Below, one piece after another: positions 1-12,549 of a stretch of DNA of 64,000 bases. The position numbers and the translations under genes are program-made. The notes under the pieces were generated by a model. It was not told the origin of the DNA, did no database searches, and saw nothing but the letters and a program-made list of their open reading frames with translations. The stretch comes from Dendrobates tinctorius. Its lineage: Eukaryota. Within the stretch, counting starts at the first letter, position 1. Every line of letters begins with the position of its first letter. Location of the stretch: NCBI RefSeq assembly GCF_039654945.1, contig NW_027361737.1, forward strand, positions 25,420,001 through 25,484,000, given 5' to 3'.

Positions 1-775
1 AAAATTAACATATTTGGCATCACTGTGAGTATAACGGTCTGAATACATAGGCTGCTATAATATTTGACACACAGTGAATGCCAAAACAAAGTAATCCAAA
101 TGTCAGGACAGGCTCCATTTCCACAATACGCACAGGTTTCCTGACAAGGTAGTTTTAGGCGCAGTACGGTAACTTTTTTTTTTTCCTTGGTCAGATTTTT
201 AAGTGTTTTTTTTTTTTTTTTTGTGGTATATGGATCTTAATTTTTCTGTTATTTTCATACCTTTATTTTTTTTTGTATCTGGTGATACAGGTGGGAAAAT
301 AAAGGAAATGTCACCAAAAAAACATTTTAAAATTGGCTTCCCTTCCTGTAAAAGTTATTTTAAGTATTGTCACTTCTTTCTTCCAGGGTAAGGGCTAGAA
401 ACATCGATTTTTCAATTCTTTTTTTTTTTTTTTTATACACACTGTGCCCATCATAAAGTCATTAAAAAAACCTTTGTGGTGGGTGGCATTTCAACACTTC
501 AAAAATACCTTTTTTTTTTTTTTTTAGAATCTTATTTCCCCTTTAATTAAGGCTGGTATAGTAGCCCCAGTTACAGTGGAAATGAAGCCTCCTGCCTCCA
601 TAGCAGATCTGTCTGATTGAGAAGGCAGAGTCCGTAATAAACCATCTCTGTCGTCTTCGACAGTCTGAACAAACTATTTCCTTCTCCTCCGATACACAAT
701 CACATGCAGCTGCTCTACAATGCAGGGATATTTTAGAACGTCCGCACACAGCAGAATGCAGATTTCGTAGGCATT

Positions 776-1630
776 TATTAATAATAATAATAATAATATT
801 ATACATTTATATAGCGCCATATATTCAATGGCGCTTTACATGTGAAAAGGGGAAATATAGACAAGTACAATAAACATATGCAAGACAAGGGACACACAAG
901 TACAGAAGGAGAGAGGACCCAGCCCTTGAGGGCTCACAGTCTACAGGGATGGGTGAGGATACACTAGGAGAGGGTAAAGCTGGTTGTGCGGTGTTTCAGT
1001 AGACTGAGGATCATTGCAGGCTGTAGGCTTGTCGGAACAGGTGTGTCTTCAGGTTCTTCTTGAAGGTTTCCGTTGTTGGTGAGAGTCTGAGTTGCAGCAG
1101 AGAGTTCCAGAGTATGGGGGAAGCACGGGAGAAGTCTTGTATGCGGTTGTGGGAAGAAAAGATGAGGGGGGGAGTAGAGAAGATCTTGAGAGGATCGAAG
1201 GTTGCGTGCGGATAGGTATTGGGAGATCATGTCACAGATGTATGGAGGAGACAGGTTGTGGATGGCTTTGTTTGTCATGGTTAGGGTTTTGATTGAACTG
1301 GGCCTCTGGACAATAGGAAGCCAGTGAAAGGCCTGGCATAGGGGGGAGGCTGGGAATTAGCGGGGAGACAGGTGGATTAGTCGGGCAGCAGAGTGTAGGA
1401 TGGACTGGAGGGGAGGTCAGAGTGTAGGAGGTTGCAGTAGTCGAGGCGGGAGATAAGGGCGTGCACTAGTGTTTTTATGGTTTCATGGTTGAGGAATGCG
1501 CGGATCCGGGAAATATTTTTGAGTTTGAGGCGGCATGAGGAGGCAAGGGCTTGGATGTGTGGTTTGAAAGAGAGGGCAGAGTCGAGGATCACCCCAAGGC
1601 ACCGAGCATGCAGGGCTGGGGAAAGCAAGC
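776..1630 (-). mobile_element. L2-clade LINE 3' fragment (degenerate RT C-terminus, (TAT)n tail)
   Basis: Minus ORFs read HARCLGVILDSALSFKPHIQ...LVHALISRLDYCN, typical of the L2 ORF2 end; minus strand finishes GGCGCTATATAAAT..(TAT)n near 776-818. Confidence 0.8.
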
Positions 1631-1666
1631 AGCCATTGACATTTAAAGTTGAATAGTGGAACTACT

Positions 1667-4600
1667 TTTCTCCTACGCCTCATTGGGGGACACAGAGACT
1701 GTGGGTGTTACGCTACTTGCCACTATGAGGACACTAAGTAAACTAGAAAAAAGTTAACTCCTCCCCTGCAGTTTACACCCTCTCGCTGGATGAGATTTCT
1801 CCAGTTCATGCTTAGTGTCTGTAGGAGGCACTTGGGTCTGGCTTCAGACCCCACCATTTTTATTTTATTTTTGAATTTTCTGTAAATTTTTATTTTTTAA
1901 TTAACGGAGTGAAGGGGGCGACGGTTCCTTTCTACGGCCCGCTCTCCCCCGAACCAACAACAGGCAAGCACGCGGAGTATACCTCCCCATACACTTTCCT
2001 GCAACGTTTGGGGCTGATTCCTCTGGCAATAATGGCGATGGTCCTTACAAAAGTTCCGGTAATCCACGGATATGAGGGCAGGGGCACAGAAAGGAGAAGA
2101 CTGGACAGCGCTTCCGAAGGCCCTGAATCAGCCCCATAGCTCTCCATCCCCCTACCATAGGGAGGATCTATTGAGCATGCCCCTTTAAGACCTCCCCCAG
2201 CTCTACTTCATCAGCCCAGGAGGTTGAGAGCCTGCATGGATGGATGGCCCGGACAGCACTGAAGTTGAGGTATGGGGTCGGGTCCTGGCCCCCGGGAGAA
2301 GCGCTGACTTAGCATCAGCGGCGGTGTACCAGCCCCCCATCGCGGCCCCCTCCCCTCGGCGCTACCGCGGGTAGCCCGAAAAATTTAGTCCCCGGCTTTT
2401 CCCGGCCTGCTAGGCCGCAATTTCAATAGCGCCCCCCACGCTATTATCGCCGCCCCCTCGTCTTGGCACCTCTCATCCCTTACGAGACGTGCAATTCTAA
2501 TCTCGGGGGCCATGTCTTTTTACCTCAGCCTGCACTGGACACGAGCTGTGAGGCGAGAATTCTGCCGGTTACCGGGTGACACCACAGGGCCACCGCTATT
2601 CCTCCCGGGGGACACAGCACAGGACCGGGTAAGCTGCATCTGCCCTCAGATTAAAGCTTAACCCCTTCCCGGCATATTCCCTGCAGCTGCAGACAGACTC
2701 TGCCGTTAACCCTTTCAGGAGCGCTATGTCTCAATCTAAGGAGGCTAAACGGGCTGCTAAAAAGCACACTGCGTTTTTTACCGTGTACCACTTGCAAGTC
2801 TGCTTTACCCAGTGCACAGACTAATCCGTTATGTACGGACTGCGACCCAGCCTGCGTCTCGGCCTGTGCCCCGACCTGCACTCAATCGCCCCTCGCCGCC
2901 ACTGCTGACGGGCCTCCTGCGTTTAGTACCCCTGAGTGGGCTGCGTCCCTGTCACGGTCGGTGGAGTCGCTGACCCAGGCCATATTCTCCCTCCGGGCGG
3001 ACTCTTCAAGCGAGAAGGCGTCCTTACCCCCGAGGAATGCTCTGGCGTCAGCCGGGAACCATCCACTAGCAGGGGCCGTACTCGTTCAAGGGATGGTCAG
3101 GTCTCTAGAAAGCGGACCCATGACGCGTCCCCTAGTCTCGGTCGCGCCTCAGCATCTGCGACTCCTGTCTCTCGCTCTCCCTCCCCTGGAGTGCGCAGCG
3201 AGCACGACTCTGAATTCGAGTCTGACACGTCAGCCCCTCAGAATCCCCCAACTGAGTCCCTTGATTCTCTTAAAGAATCAGTCAACAGGATTCTGAAGTT
3301 GGATGAGGATAATGTTCCCTCTCCAGCACATCCTATCTCACTTAAGAAAACCAAGCGTGTGCGCAGGTTATTTACCAGCCATCAGGACTTTAAGGAAATT
3401 GTCCAGAAACACAGGGATTGTCTGCATAAGCGGTTCACAGGGCAAAAGTCTACTGAGGCTAAATACCCTTTTGATCCAGACCTAATGAAGCATTGGTTAC
3501 AGTCCCCTCCGGTGGACTCTCCTGTAACTCGTCTTGCTTCAGAAACGCTCCTATCCGTCTGAGGGTTCCTCAATCAGAAACCCCTCCGATCATCAGATTG
3601 ACTACCTTGCCCGTTCAGTTTTTGAAGCTTCAGGAGCAGCGCTTTTTCCATCTTTCGCGGCATTTTGGGTCACTAAGGCAATGGCCGCTTGGGCAGAAGT
3701 CCTGATTACTTCCTTCCAGGGCACCAATCTTCCTCTGGAGGCAACCCCGGTGGCCAGGCAGATAATTCACGCAGCGGAATTTATTGTGGACGCCTCTTTT
3801 GATGCCGCCAATTGCGCTGCTCAAACTGCAGCTAATGCGATCTCCATTAGAAGAGCCCTATGGCTCCGCGACTGGCGGGCGGATGACACATCTAAAAGTT
3901 CGTTGACTTCTCTCCCCTTTCAAGCGGGTCGTCTTTTTGGAGAGAAACTGGATCAGCTCATTTCTGATGCTACCGGGGTAAAAAGTAAATTCCTTCCTCA
4001 ACAAATGGCTGATCGGCCCTTTCGCAACCAACAGCCGACGCGCTTTCAATCTTTTCGTAACAATTCCGTTTGGTCCTCCTCTACCTTCTCTTCCGGATCA
4101 GGTCCGTCCCCGCGTGGAGACAGAGGCTCCCAGGTCTCATACAGACCTAACCACTCTTGGAAACCCAGGCCTAAGGCTTCTGGATCTAGGGGAGCCAGAT
4201 CTCATAGAGCTCCCCAATTTCTTGTTGCGGTATCCGGCGGACAGCGACAGAGTAGGCGGCCGCCTACTTTTCCTTCAGCCACTCCTGGCTCGCGGTCGTT
4301 CACGACAAGTGGGTCAGGGAGCTGGTGTCCTCCGGATAAAAGAATTTTCCTCCCCCCCTCCAACTCGCCTTTTTCCTTTCCTCTCCCCCAAGGGAAAGAC
4401 GAGCCTTCCTTTGGGCTGTTCACGCTCTGCTAAGGGACGGTGTCATCATTCCGGTCCCTCATCACGAAAGGTTCACGGGATTTTATTCCAACCTTTTTGT
4501 GGTCCCAAAAAAGGACGGGACGATGCGACACATTCTGGATCTCAAACTGTTAAATCAGTTTGACAAGGTACGGCGATTCCGAATGGAATCTCACCGATCA

Positions 4601-6887
4601 GTTGTCGCTTCCATGGAAAAAGGACAGTTCCTAGCAATGAGAGTTCTCGGAAAGATGGTGGCTTTGATGGAAGCAGTTCCATTTGCACAGTTCCACCTCT
4701 GTCCCTTACAACATGCGTTGCTGTTAGCTCGGGACAAGAACCCGCTCTCCCTGGACCGTCGGATCCTTCTGTCCCTGCGGGTTAGGCAAGCCCTCAGGTG
4801 GTGGACACTGAGGTCCTCCCTGATTCAAGGGAGGTCTTTTCTCCCAGTAAGAGGGTTGATAGTAACCACCGACACAAGCCTTCTCGGCTGGGGTGCGGTC
4901 TTTCGTCACCACACCACTCAGGGTCGTTGGCCAACCCGAGTGTCTCATCTCCCCATCAACATTTTGGAGATACGAGCGCTCATATTAGCTCTACGGAGTT
5001 TCCACCAACTCCTCGCGGGTCACCCTATCAGTATCCAATCCGACAATGCCACGGCTGTAGCGTATATCAACCGCCAGGGAGGTCCCCCGGGGCAGGATGG
5101 CCATACACGAAGTGAGTCATCCTCCATTGGGCCGAGACCAACCATTGGCCCATCTCAGCAATATACATCCCGGTCGTAGAAAATTGTGCGGCAGATTTTC
5201 TCAGTCGCCAAGGCATTGCCTCGGGAGAGTGGCCTCTTCATCTGGAAGCCAGTGATACTAGTTGTGCCAGATTGGCCGCGCCGAGCATGGTAGGCAGAAC
5301 TAATAAAACTAGTCCCCGACGTCCCCTGGCGACTTCCAGATCGCATGGATCTACTCTTAACAGGGCCCAATTTACCACCAGAACCCCGGGGCCCTGTCTT
5401 TTGACGGCGTGGCCGTTGAATCCTGGTTTTTCACACAGGCTGGGTTCTCTCATGACGTGATTTCCACCATGATTAGTGCTAGGAAACCTGTGTCCATGCG
5501 CATCTATCACCGCAACTGGAAAGCCTTCTTTTCGTGCTGCAGGGATCAGGGTCGATCCCCTCTGATGTTTTCCATTTCGGACATATTGGGATTCCTTCAA
5601 TCCGGATTAAAGTCAGGACTCGCGCTTAGCTCGCTCAAGGGCAAAATTTCAGCCTTGTCAGTGCTTTTCCAATGCAAAATTGCCACCAAACTTTAGGTCA
5701 GAACGTTCATTCAGGGAGTCTCCCATGTAGCGCCTCCTTATAGAAGGCTATTGGAATCATGGGACCTTAATCTGGTTCTCGGGGTCTTACAAGACGCTCC
5801 TTTCGAACCACTGCAGGATGTGTCACTGACCGTCTTCTCTTGGAAGGTGGTTTTTTCTTGTGGCAGTTATGTCAATTAGACTAGTTTCGGAATTGGCGGC
5901 CCTGTCCTGCCATTCTCCGTTCTTGAATTGTCATCAGGAAAAGGCAGTTCTCAGGACGTCCCCGTTCTTCCTGCCCAAAGTCGTCCCCTCTTTCCATATC
6001 AACGAGGAAATCGTTTTGCCTTCCTTTTGTCCTGCGCCAGTCCATCACATTGAGAAGGCCCTCCACACCCTGGATATGTTTAGGGCTCTGAGATGGTACA
6101 TCTCGCGGACAGCTCCCTTCCGCAAGTCAGATGTCCTGTTCATACTTCTTGAGGGGCATAGGAAGGGTCTAGCCTCTTCAAAAGCAACGCTAGCCAGGTG
6201 GATTCGTTTGGCAATTCAGGAATCCTACCGTGTCAGGAACGCGCCTGTCCCAGCATGGATTAAGGCGCACTCTACCCGGTCAGTGGGCGCCTCTTGGGCC
6301 ATTTGGCACCAGGCCTCAGCAGTACAGGTCTGCAAGGCTGCGACTTGGTCCAGTCTGCATACTTTTACCAAACATTACCAAATTCATTCTCGGGTCTCTG
6401 CGGACGCAGCTCTTGGCAGACGCATCCTGCAATCGGCAGTACCTCAGCGTTGACTCAGTGGTACATGGGGTATTATCAAAAGTATGATCCCCATCCAGGG
6501 ATGGCTTTAGGACGTCCCACGGTTTCTGTGTCCCCCAATGAGGCGTAGGAGAAATAGGGATTTTTGTGTACTCACCGTAAAATCCTTTTCTCCGAGCCAT
6601 TCATTGGGGGACACGGCACTCACCCTGATTAGCCTACTGGCTCATTGTAGCATTCTTAGGTTGTGACATAGTTATTGTTGACTGTTTAAGCTCCTACTGC
6701 TTTTTTCACTGAACTGGAGAAATCTCATCCAGCGAGAGGGTGTATACTGCAGGGGAGGAGCTAACTTTTTTTCTAGTTTACTTAGTGTCCTCCTAGTGGC
6801 ACGCAGTATAACACCCACTGTTTCTGTGTCCCCAATGAATGGCTTGGAGAAAAGGATTTTACGGTGAGTACTCAAAAATCCCTATTT
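1667..6887 (+). mobile_element. DIRS1-type tyrosine-recombinase retrotransposon, defective (copy 1)
   Basis: Inverted terminal repeats ~1667-1808 and ~6710-6838 plus a right extension to ~6887. ICR at ~6516-6614 is complementary to both ends. Gag-like ORFs 2726-4200, RT/RNase H remnants 4499-5179, YR remnants 5409-6453 (HSTR..W..HY). Many stops and frameshifts. Confidence 0.93.
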
Positions 6888-7766
6888 TTTAGAAAAGTAA
6901 AATATAAGACCTATTGGGCTACTAAGGACACATGTTTTAAAGTATCAAGTGAAAATGTGGCAATTTGAGTGTCAATGAGCATCTGACAGACTTCGTTTTG
7001 AGAAATGTTAAAATATCTAAAATATAACCTTTATTTTGTGGGGAGAAATGTAATTATTTTGATGCCTGTAACCTTCATTAACCCATTAATAAAGGGCTTT
7101 AATCCTTCCTGATGCTTTTTATGGTACAAATACATGCATTTTGTATTCTATTAATCTGCAGAGACCAGGATTTAGGTCATAGGTCCTGGATCTAATACAA
7201 TCCAGATCAGCTCTGATTGGAACAAATGTGACAGAGTTTACTCTTGTGCCTGCAAAGAATTCTCCATCATGGGCTATTCTGACTTTTCCAGTGGTACCAG
7301 AAAAGGAAGAAGAATGGAAAAATACTACGGCAGAATTTAATTGAGCACCTGATGGTTTGGAAATCCTTCTAATCTCCCTTGCAGTAAAAATGAAAAATAG
7401 CCACATGATCAGCTTAATTTTACCTGGCAGTCTTCCGAGTCTGCAGAATACAGTGTTCTAGCATTTTAACCCTTTATGGACCTGGCCAGTTTTTGTTTTT
7501 CGTGCTTTTCTTTTTTCCTCTCAATGCTCCAAAAGTCAGGTTTTTTTTTTTGTTTTTTTTTACGGTTGTAAAATTCATTATTACCATTCTTTTTTTCTCA
7601 AATGTACTAAAAAAAAATGGAAAATAATTCCAAGTGCATTACAATTGCAGGATGAAAATACACAATTATGCTATTGTTTTTGTGAGTTTTTCTTTTACGG
7701 CATTCATTTTGCAATAAAAATGTCCTGGCAGCATAATTTTTCAGGTCAGTATTATTGTGTCATTAC

Positions 7767-8017
7767 TAGTGATGCGTGAACGTGCTCCGATATTGTGTTA
7801 TCTGAGAATCTTGAGCGTGCTCGAATAATATGATTGATTTCCTACAGCTGCATGATTCATGGCTGTTACACAGCCTCAACACATGGGGGATGCCCTAACA
7901 AACAGGCGCTTTTGGGATGTGTTGCGAATCATGCAGCCTCGTGGACTCTAACATATATTTCGAGCACACTGAAGATGCTAGGAAAACACGTTCTCTGAGC
8001 ACATTCGCGCATCACTG
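7767..8017. mobile_element. hAT-like MITE, degenerate (same type as 62193-62499)
   Basis: Ends TAGTGATGCGTGAACGTGCTC ... GAGCACATTCGCGCATCACTG form an imperfect TIR. Confidence 0.6.
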
Positions 8018-9133
8018 TTTTTTTTTTTTAATATGTTAGGAGTGAATTTTTTGTTTGCTGAAATTGCAGTTTAAACTTTTTCATTTTTTTCAGATTTTTA
8101 CATACAGTTTGAATACTCTTATTTGATCAAATAAACCTTTTTGAACACTAACTGTTTTTTTTTTTTTTTTTCATAATAAAAAAAACTTTTTCTGTTATCT
8201 CTACAGGGGACTTGAACCTGCCATTGTTCGATCTCTTATACTTTAATATCACAGAATTTCTGTATATAGTCAAATCACGGTTCTCCTATGAAATGCAGCA
8301 GGCAATTCACAGGGATCTCATCAGTGACTGCTGGGGCCCCTGGCACTGACCCCCAGAACGTGGCTCTGAAATGGCCTAAGAGAATAGGGGCTTTCCATAC
8401 TTTTTGCAGTTGTCAGATTATCCCGTAAATAGGCGATAACTGTTAATGTGTAGAAACTTTGCACTTTTTGTTCCACTTGAAATAAGATTAATGTAGAAGG
8501 ACACACTGATAAACCATGTAATTAAGTGCATAGTTTAGAAAAAGAAAATATTTAGACTTTTCATTTGGTAAATTTGCGTCAAAATATTTTATTTGTATTT
8601 TTCCCATTGATGTCATCATCATTAACTGTCCTCCATGTGATAATGGCACACATTTCTCAAAACTAATTTGCTCCCAATCTTTATAGTACTTCAAACCCAC
8701 CACCCGAAATCAGAGAATATATAGATCAGAAAGGGCACCAATATGTCAAATGTGGCACAAAATGTTGATATGTGTGCAAATGTTTCAATTGTACTTGACC
8801 TTTGCAAGAGGACGATGACCTGTCTAGAGTATGTAACCTTTTTGTGAATAGAAATACAATATTGTTTTATTTCATCCCAAGAGGCTAACCATGATGACTC
8901 CCCGTTTTCTCGTCATTGTTCAGTTTTGAAGTAGGAACTAACAATTATGGGGTAAAACATTGACAAATTTGGTGCGCACATTTACGACAAGGAAATGCCA
9001 CAAATTGGACAAACCTTTGGGCGCAAACACAGCGATAGATTTCCCCATAGCATTTTATTAAATGTAACTGGACAGTAATTTGGTTGTTAGGTCTATGCAT
9101 GCGTAATCCTAAGTAGTATTTTTCTTTCTGTAG

Positions 9134-9229
9134 GTTCCTTCAGATCTTCTGGACAAAGAGTTTCTGCCTATTTTGAAAGAGGACCCCCTACTACCTTTGG
9201 CACTTGTTCCATTTACTGAGGAGGAGCAG
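9134..9229 (+). CDS. GIGYF2: GIGYF2 coding exon (VPSDLLDKEFLPILKEDPLLPLALVPFTEEEQ)
   Basis: ttctgtag acceptor and gtaagg donor; 96 nt, phase 0-0; matches the vertebrate GIGYF2 N-terminal segment IPSDLLDKEFLPILQEEPLPPLALVPFTEEEQ as recalled. Confidence 0.95.
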
Positions 9230-9319
9230 GTAAGGGTCATATAGACTAAATCATTCCTTAACTTGTTACTGATTCGTCTTATCCTCATTAATCAGTTTTC
9301 CTCTCCAACCTATTCTGAA

Positions 9320-9680
9320 TGCAGGCTCGTATTCCTGTGCAGCTGCTAAACTTATGCCTCCACCCTGACCCAGTCATTGCACTAGTAGTCCATCCACTAC
9401 AGAGTACTGTATGATCTTTATGCTCTCGCTAAAAAAGTCGCCTCTGTTCTATACCTCTGTTATGTCTACCACTCTAACCATGCTCTTCGTTCTGCTAGTG
9501 CATCTAATGCTAACATCCTTCATAATCAGAATTTTTCATTCTCATTTGCATGATTTTTTTTGTGTTCCTCAAGTTCTGTGGAATGCGCAACCTCAGAATA
9601 TCTAGTAAGTTCACATCAACAATTTTAAGCGTGCCCTAAAAACACTTGTATTTAGTGCAGCTTATTACATTCTCTAATTT
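9320..9680 (+). mobile_element. Old L2-like LINE 3' fragment
   Basis: Degenerate similarity to the L2 3' end (LRSA.., LWNA.., FKRALKT.LF motifs broken by indels). Confidence 0.45.
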
Positions 9681-9879
9681 ACGTCTTTGTTGTTTTATTT
9701 TTAGCTTTCTTCTACATTATTTCTCAGAACCTGAACCCTTTATCCAACAATATCCACCAAAATGAAATGCATTTCATATTTGTTGATACAGCTGAGTGAA
9801 CTAGTCACCAGCTGCTGTGTGTAGCATCTTGTGTGGTGTTTTTTTTTTTTTTTTTTTTTTTTTAAATGTATGCATATGT

Positions 9880-10656
9880 ACTTTTTTCTCGGGTCCTCAC
9901 CCAGAGGCCTTGGAGTTTAAGGGTTCTGCACAGAATCTAAGGGCCCCGTCACACATAGCGACTCACCAGCGATCCCGACAACGATATCAACTTGTCAGGA
10001 TCGCTGGTGAGTCGCTACATGATCGCTGGTGAGCTGCCAAACAGGTAGCTTCACCCAGCCATCAGCACCAGCGACGCCGAGCACACGGCGTCACTGTGTA
10101 CGTTACCATCGCGCTGATGCAGGGAGCTGGTAACTAAGGTACACATCGGGTTTCTAAGCAGCGCGCGTCACTTAGAAACCCGATGTGTACCTTGGTTACC
10201 AGCTACCTGCATCAGCGCGCTGGTAACTAAGGTACACAGAGGGTTTCTAAGCGCAGCGCGCCGCTTAGAACCCCTGCGTTTACCTTAGTTACCAGCGGGC
10301 TGATCGCTGGTGATCCCGCCTGTCACACGCAGTGATGCGTGCTGACCAGCGATCAAAAAATGTCCAGGGCTTTCCAACAACGATCAGTGATAACCGGCAG
10401 GGGAGCCGGTCGCTGATAGGTGTCACACAGCGATCTTGCTGGTGAGATCGCTGTTGCGTCACAAAACTTGTGACTCAGCAGCGATTTCGCTAGCGAGATC
10501 GCTATGTGTGACGGGGGCTTTAGTTGTTCTCAGCATTGCGCTTTTCTGGACAGAGAGCACAGATGTTGCTCCTGGGATCAGTTGTAGACATTCTTCCAAC
10601 TTAGGGGTCACTGCTCCAAGTGCTCCTATCATCACTGGAATAATTTTTGCTGTCAC
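9880..10656 (-). mobile_element. R4/Rex6-like non-LTR retrotransposon 3' fragment split by a MITE
   Basis: Minus strand IPVMIGALGAVTPKLEECLQLIPGATSVLSVQKSAMLRTTK (10520-10656) resumes as ILCRTLKLQGLW below 9940. Confidence 0.75.
9941..10519. mobile_element. PIF/Harbinger-type MITE
   Basis: TIRs GGGCCCCGTCACACATAGCGA / TCGCTATGTGTGACGGGGGCT with TAA/TTA flanks; relatives at 20301-20680 and 38741-39107. Confidence 0.8.
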
Positions 10657-11609
10657 CGTATGTGTATTTATTACTCTCTTTTCTGTATATTAGAAGCTCT
10701 CAGAGCTGAATTTAAATCTGGTATTGCTGTAATCATTGTGACTCAAAAGAATAGAGTTGTCTGATCTTTTTTACCGCACTGTGAAAATTGTTGATTTTTT
10801 TTTTAAATATGTTCTAGTGCCCAAAACTACAAATAAACAAATAATCAAAAAATAAGATGTAAGCGGTAGTCAAACTGGGCAATCACCCAGGGTCACCTTT
10901 CTCTTAAGGGCCCCCAGCATTTCTATTCTGAGGTTAACCCCTTAACGTCCATTGACGGACACAGTCTGTCATGGCCGTGTTTAAGTTCCCGCACCATGAT
11001 GGACTGAGGGGCAGGAGCTCCCTCTGCCTTCAGATCGGCATGCCCGCGACGTCATCACTGGGCCCGATAATTGACATGATGACCCGGGATCGTCTTGACC
11101 ACCCGTGGTCATCAAGCTATGGAAAGCCTCTGAGACCGTGCTCACAGCATGGTGTCAGAAACTTTCACCATAGGTATAATGCACTGCAATGCTGGAGCAT
11201 TGCAATCTATAATATTAACGCTGTAAGCGTCACTCTGTCCGAAGCCTGTATAGACTGCGCAAACGCGACGCGCCTGCGCAGTCTGGCTCCAGACAGAATG
11301 AGGTAGCCAGCGGTGAGGAGTGTGTATGGCGCCGGAGATGGCGGTACCGTACACTCTGCATACCGCCATCTCCGACGCCATACTTACATACTTACCTGAC
11401 CGGGAGGAGCGTTGCCGCGGCGCTTCTCTTCGGCCGGAGACTGGGGCAGGAGTGCGGCCGGAATCGCGCATGCGCATATCGCGATCCTGCCCCATTCCTG
11501 TGCCGGACAGCACTATGGGCATGCGCGTACTCCAGCGCCAGACTCCTCCCCCGGCCTCCAGCAGAACGTGGTGACAGCGCTGGAGAACAGGAAAGAAGGG
11601 TGAGTATAA

Positions 11610-12527
11610 GGCTAAGTGCACACGTACCGGAACTCTCGCAGAAATTACCGCGAGAATTCCGGAATTCCATTCCGCGTGAAAATCGCATTTTAAATTCCCG
11701 CGATTTTCCCGTGGAAAAACTAGTATTTTGCAAGCGTATTTAGTTTGCAAAATGCTAGCGTTTTCCAAGCGATCTGTAGAATCGCTTGGAGAACTGATTG
11801 ACAGGTTGGTCACACTCGTCAAACATAGTGTTTGACAAGTGTGACCAACTTTTTACTACTGAGGCCGCCTATGCAGCATCAGTAGTAAAAGATAAAATGT
11901 AAAAAAAAAAATGGTGTTATTCTTACCTTCCGACGTCCTGCGCAGCCGTTCCCAGTAATCCTTTGCGAAAATGCCCGCGATAACGTCCGTTCTCGCGGGA
12001 TTGTGACGTCTCGCGGTCATTCGCGATGACCGCGAGACTTCGCGATCCCGCGAGAATGGACGTCATCGCGGGCATTTTCGCAAAGGATTACTGGGAACGA
12101 GAGCGTGGAGAGAAGCGGGAAGGCTGCGCGGGAGGCCGGAAGGTAAGAATGACAATATTTTTTATTTTAAATTCTATTTTTTACAGGGATATGGTACCCA
12201 AAGCCCGGAGGACAGTCTCCTCTCCTCCGGACCGTGGGTACTATCCGCAAATGTTCTGCTTACTTTCCGCATGGTGTGCACAGCCACATGTGGGAAGTAA
12301 GCGGAACAATGCATTCCTATTGGGTGCGGGATCGCCGCGATTCCGCAAAATTAATGAGCATGCTGCGGTTTTTACCGCAAAGCGATTCCGCCGCGGTAAA
12401 AACCGCAGCATTAGCACAGCATTGCGGAATCCCATAGTTATGCATGGGATGCTTATTTTTCACGGCAAAATCGCGCGGTTAAAACCGCCGCGGAAAAGCG
12501 AAAAAAACGCCACGTGTGAACTCAGCC
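11610..12527. mobile_element. Harbinger-type MITE
   Basis: TAA|GGCTAAGTGCACACGT ... ACGTGTGAACTCAGCC|TAA; palindromic interior. Confidence 0.75.
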
Positions 12528-12549
12528 TAAATGTTTTTTTTTTTTTTCT

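Noticed and set aside
7119-7406. 95-aa minus ORF in unique-looking sequence
   Set aside because: No recognisable similarity or exon boundaries compatible with GIGYF2.
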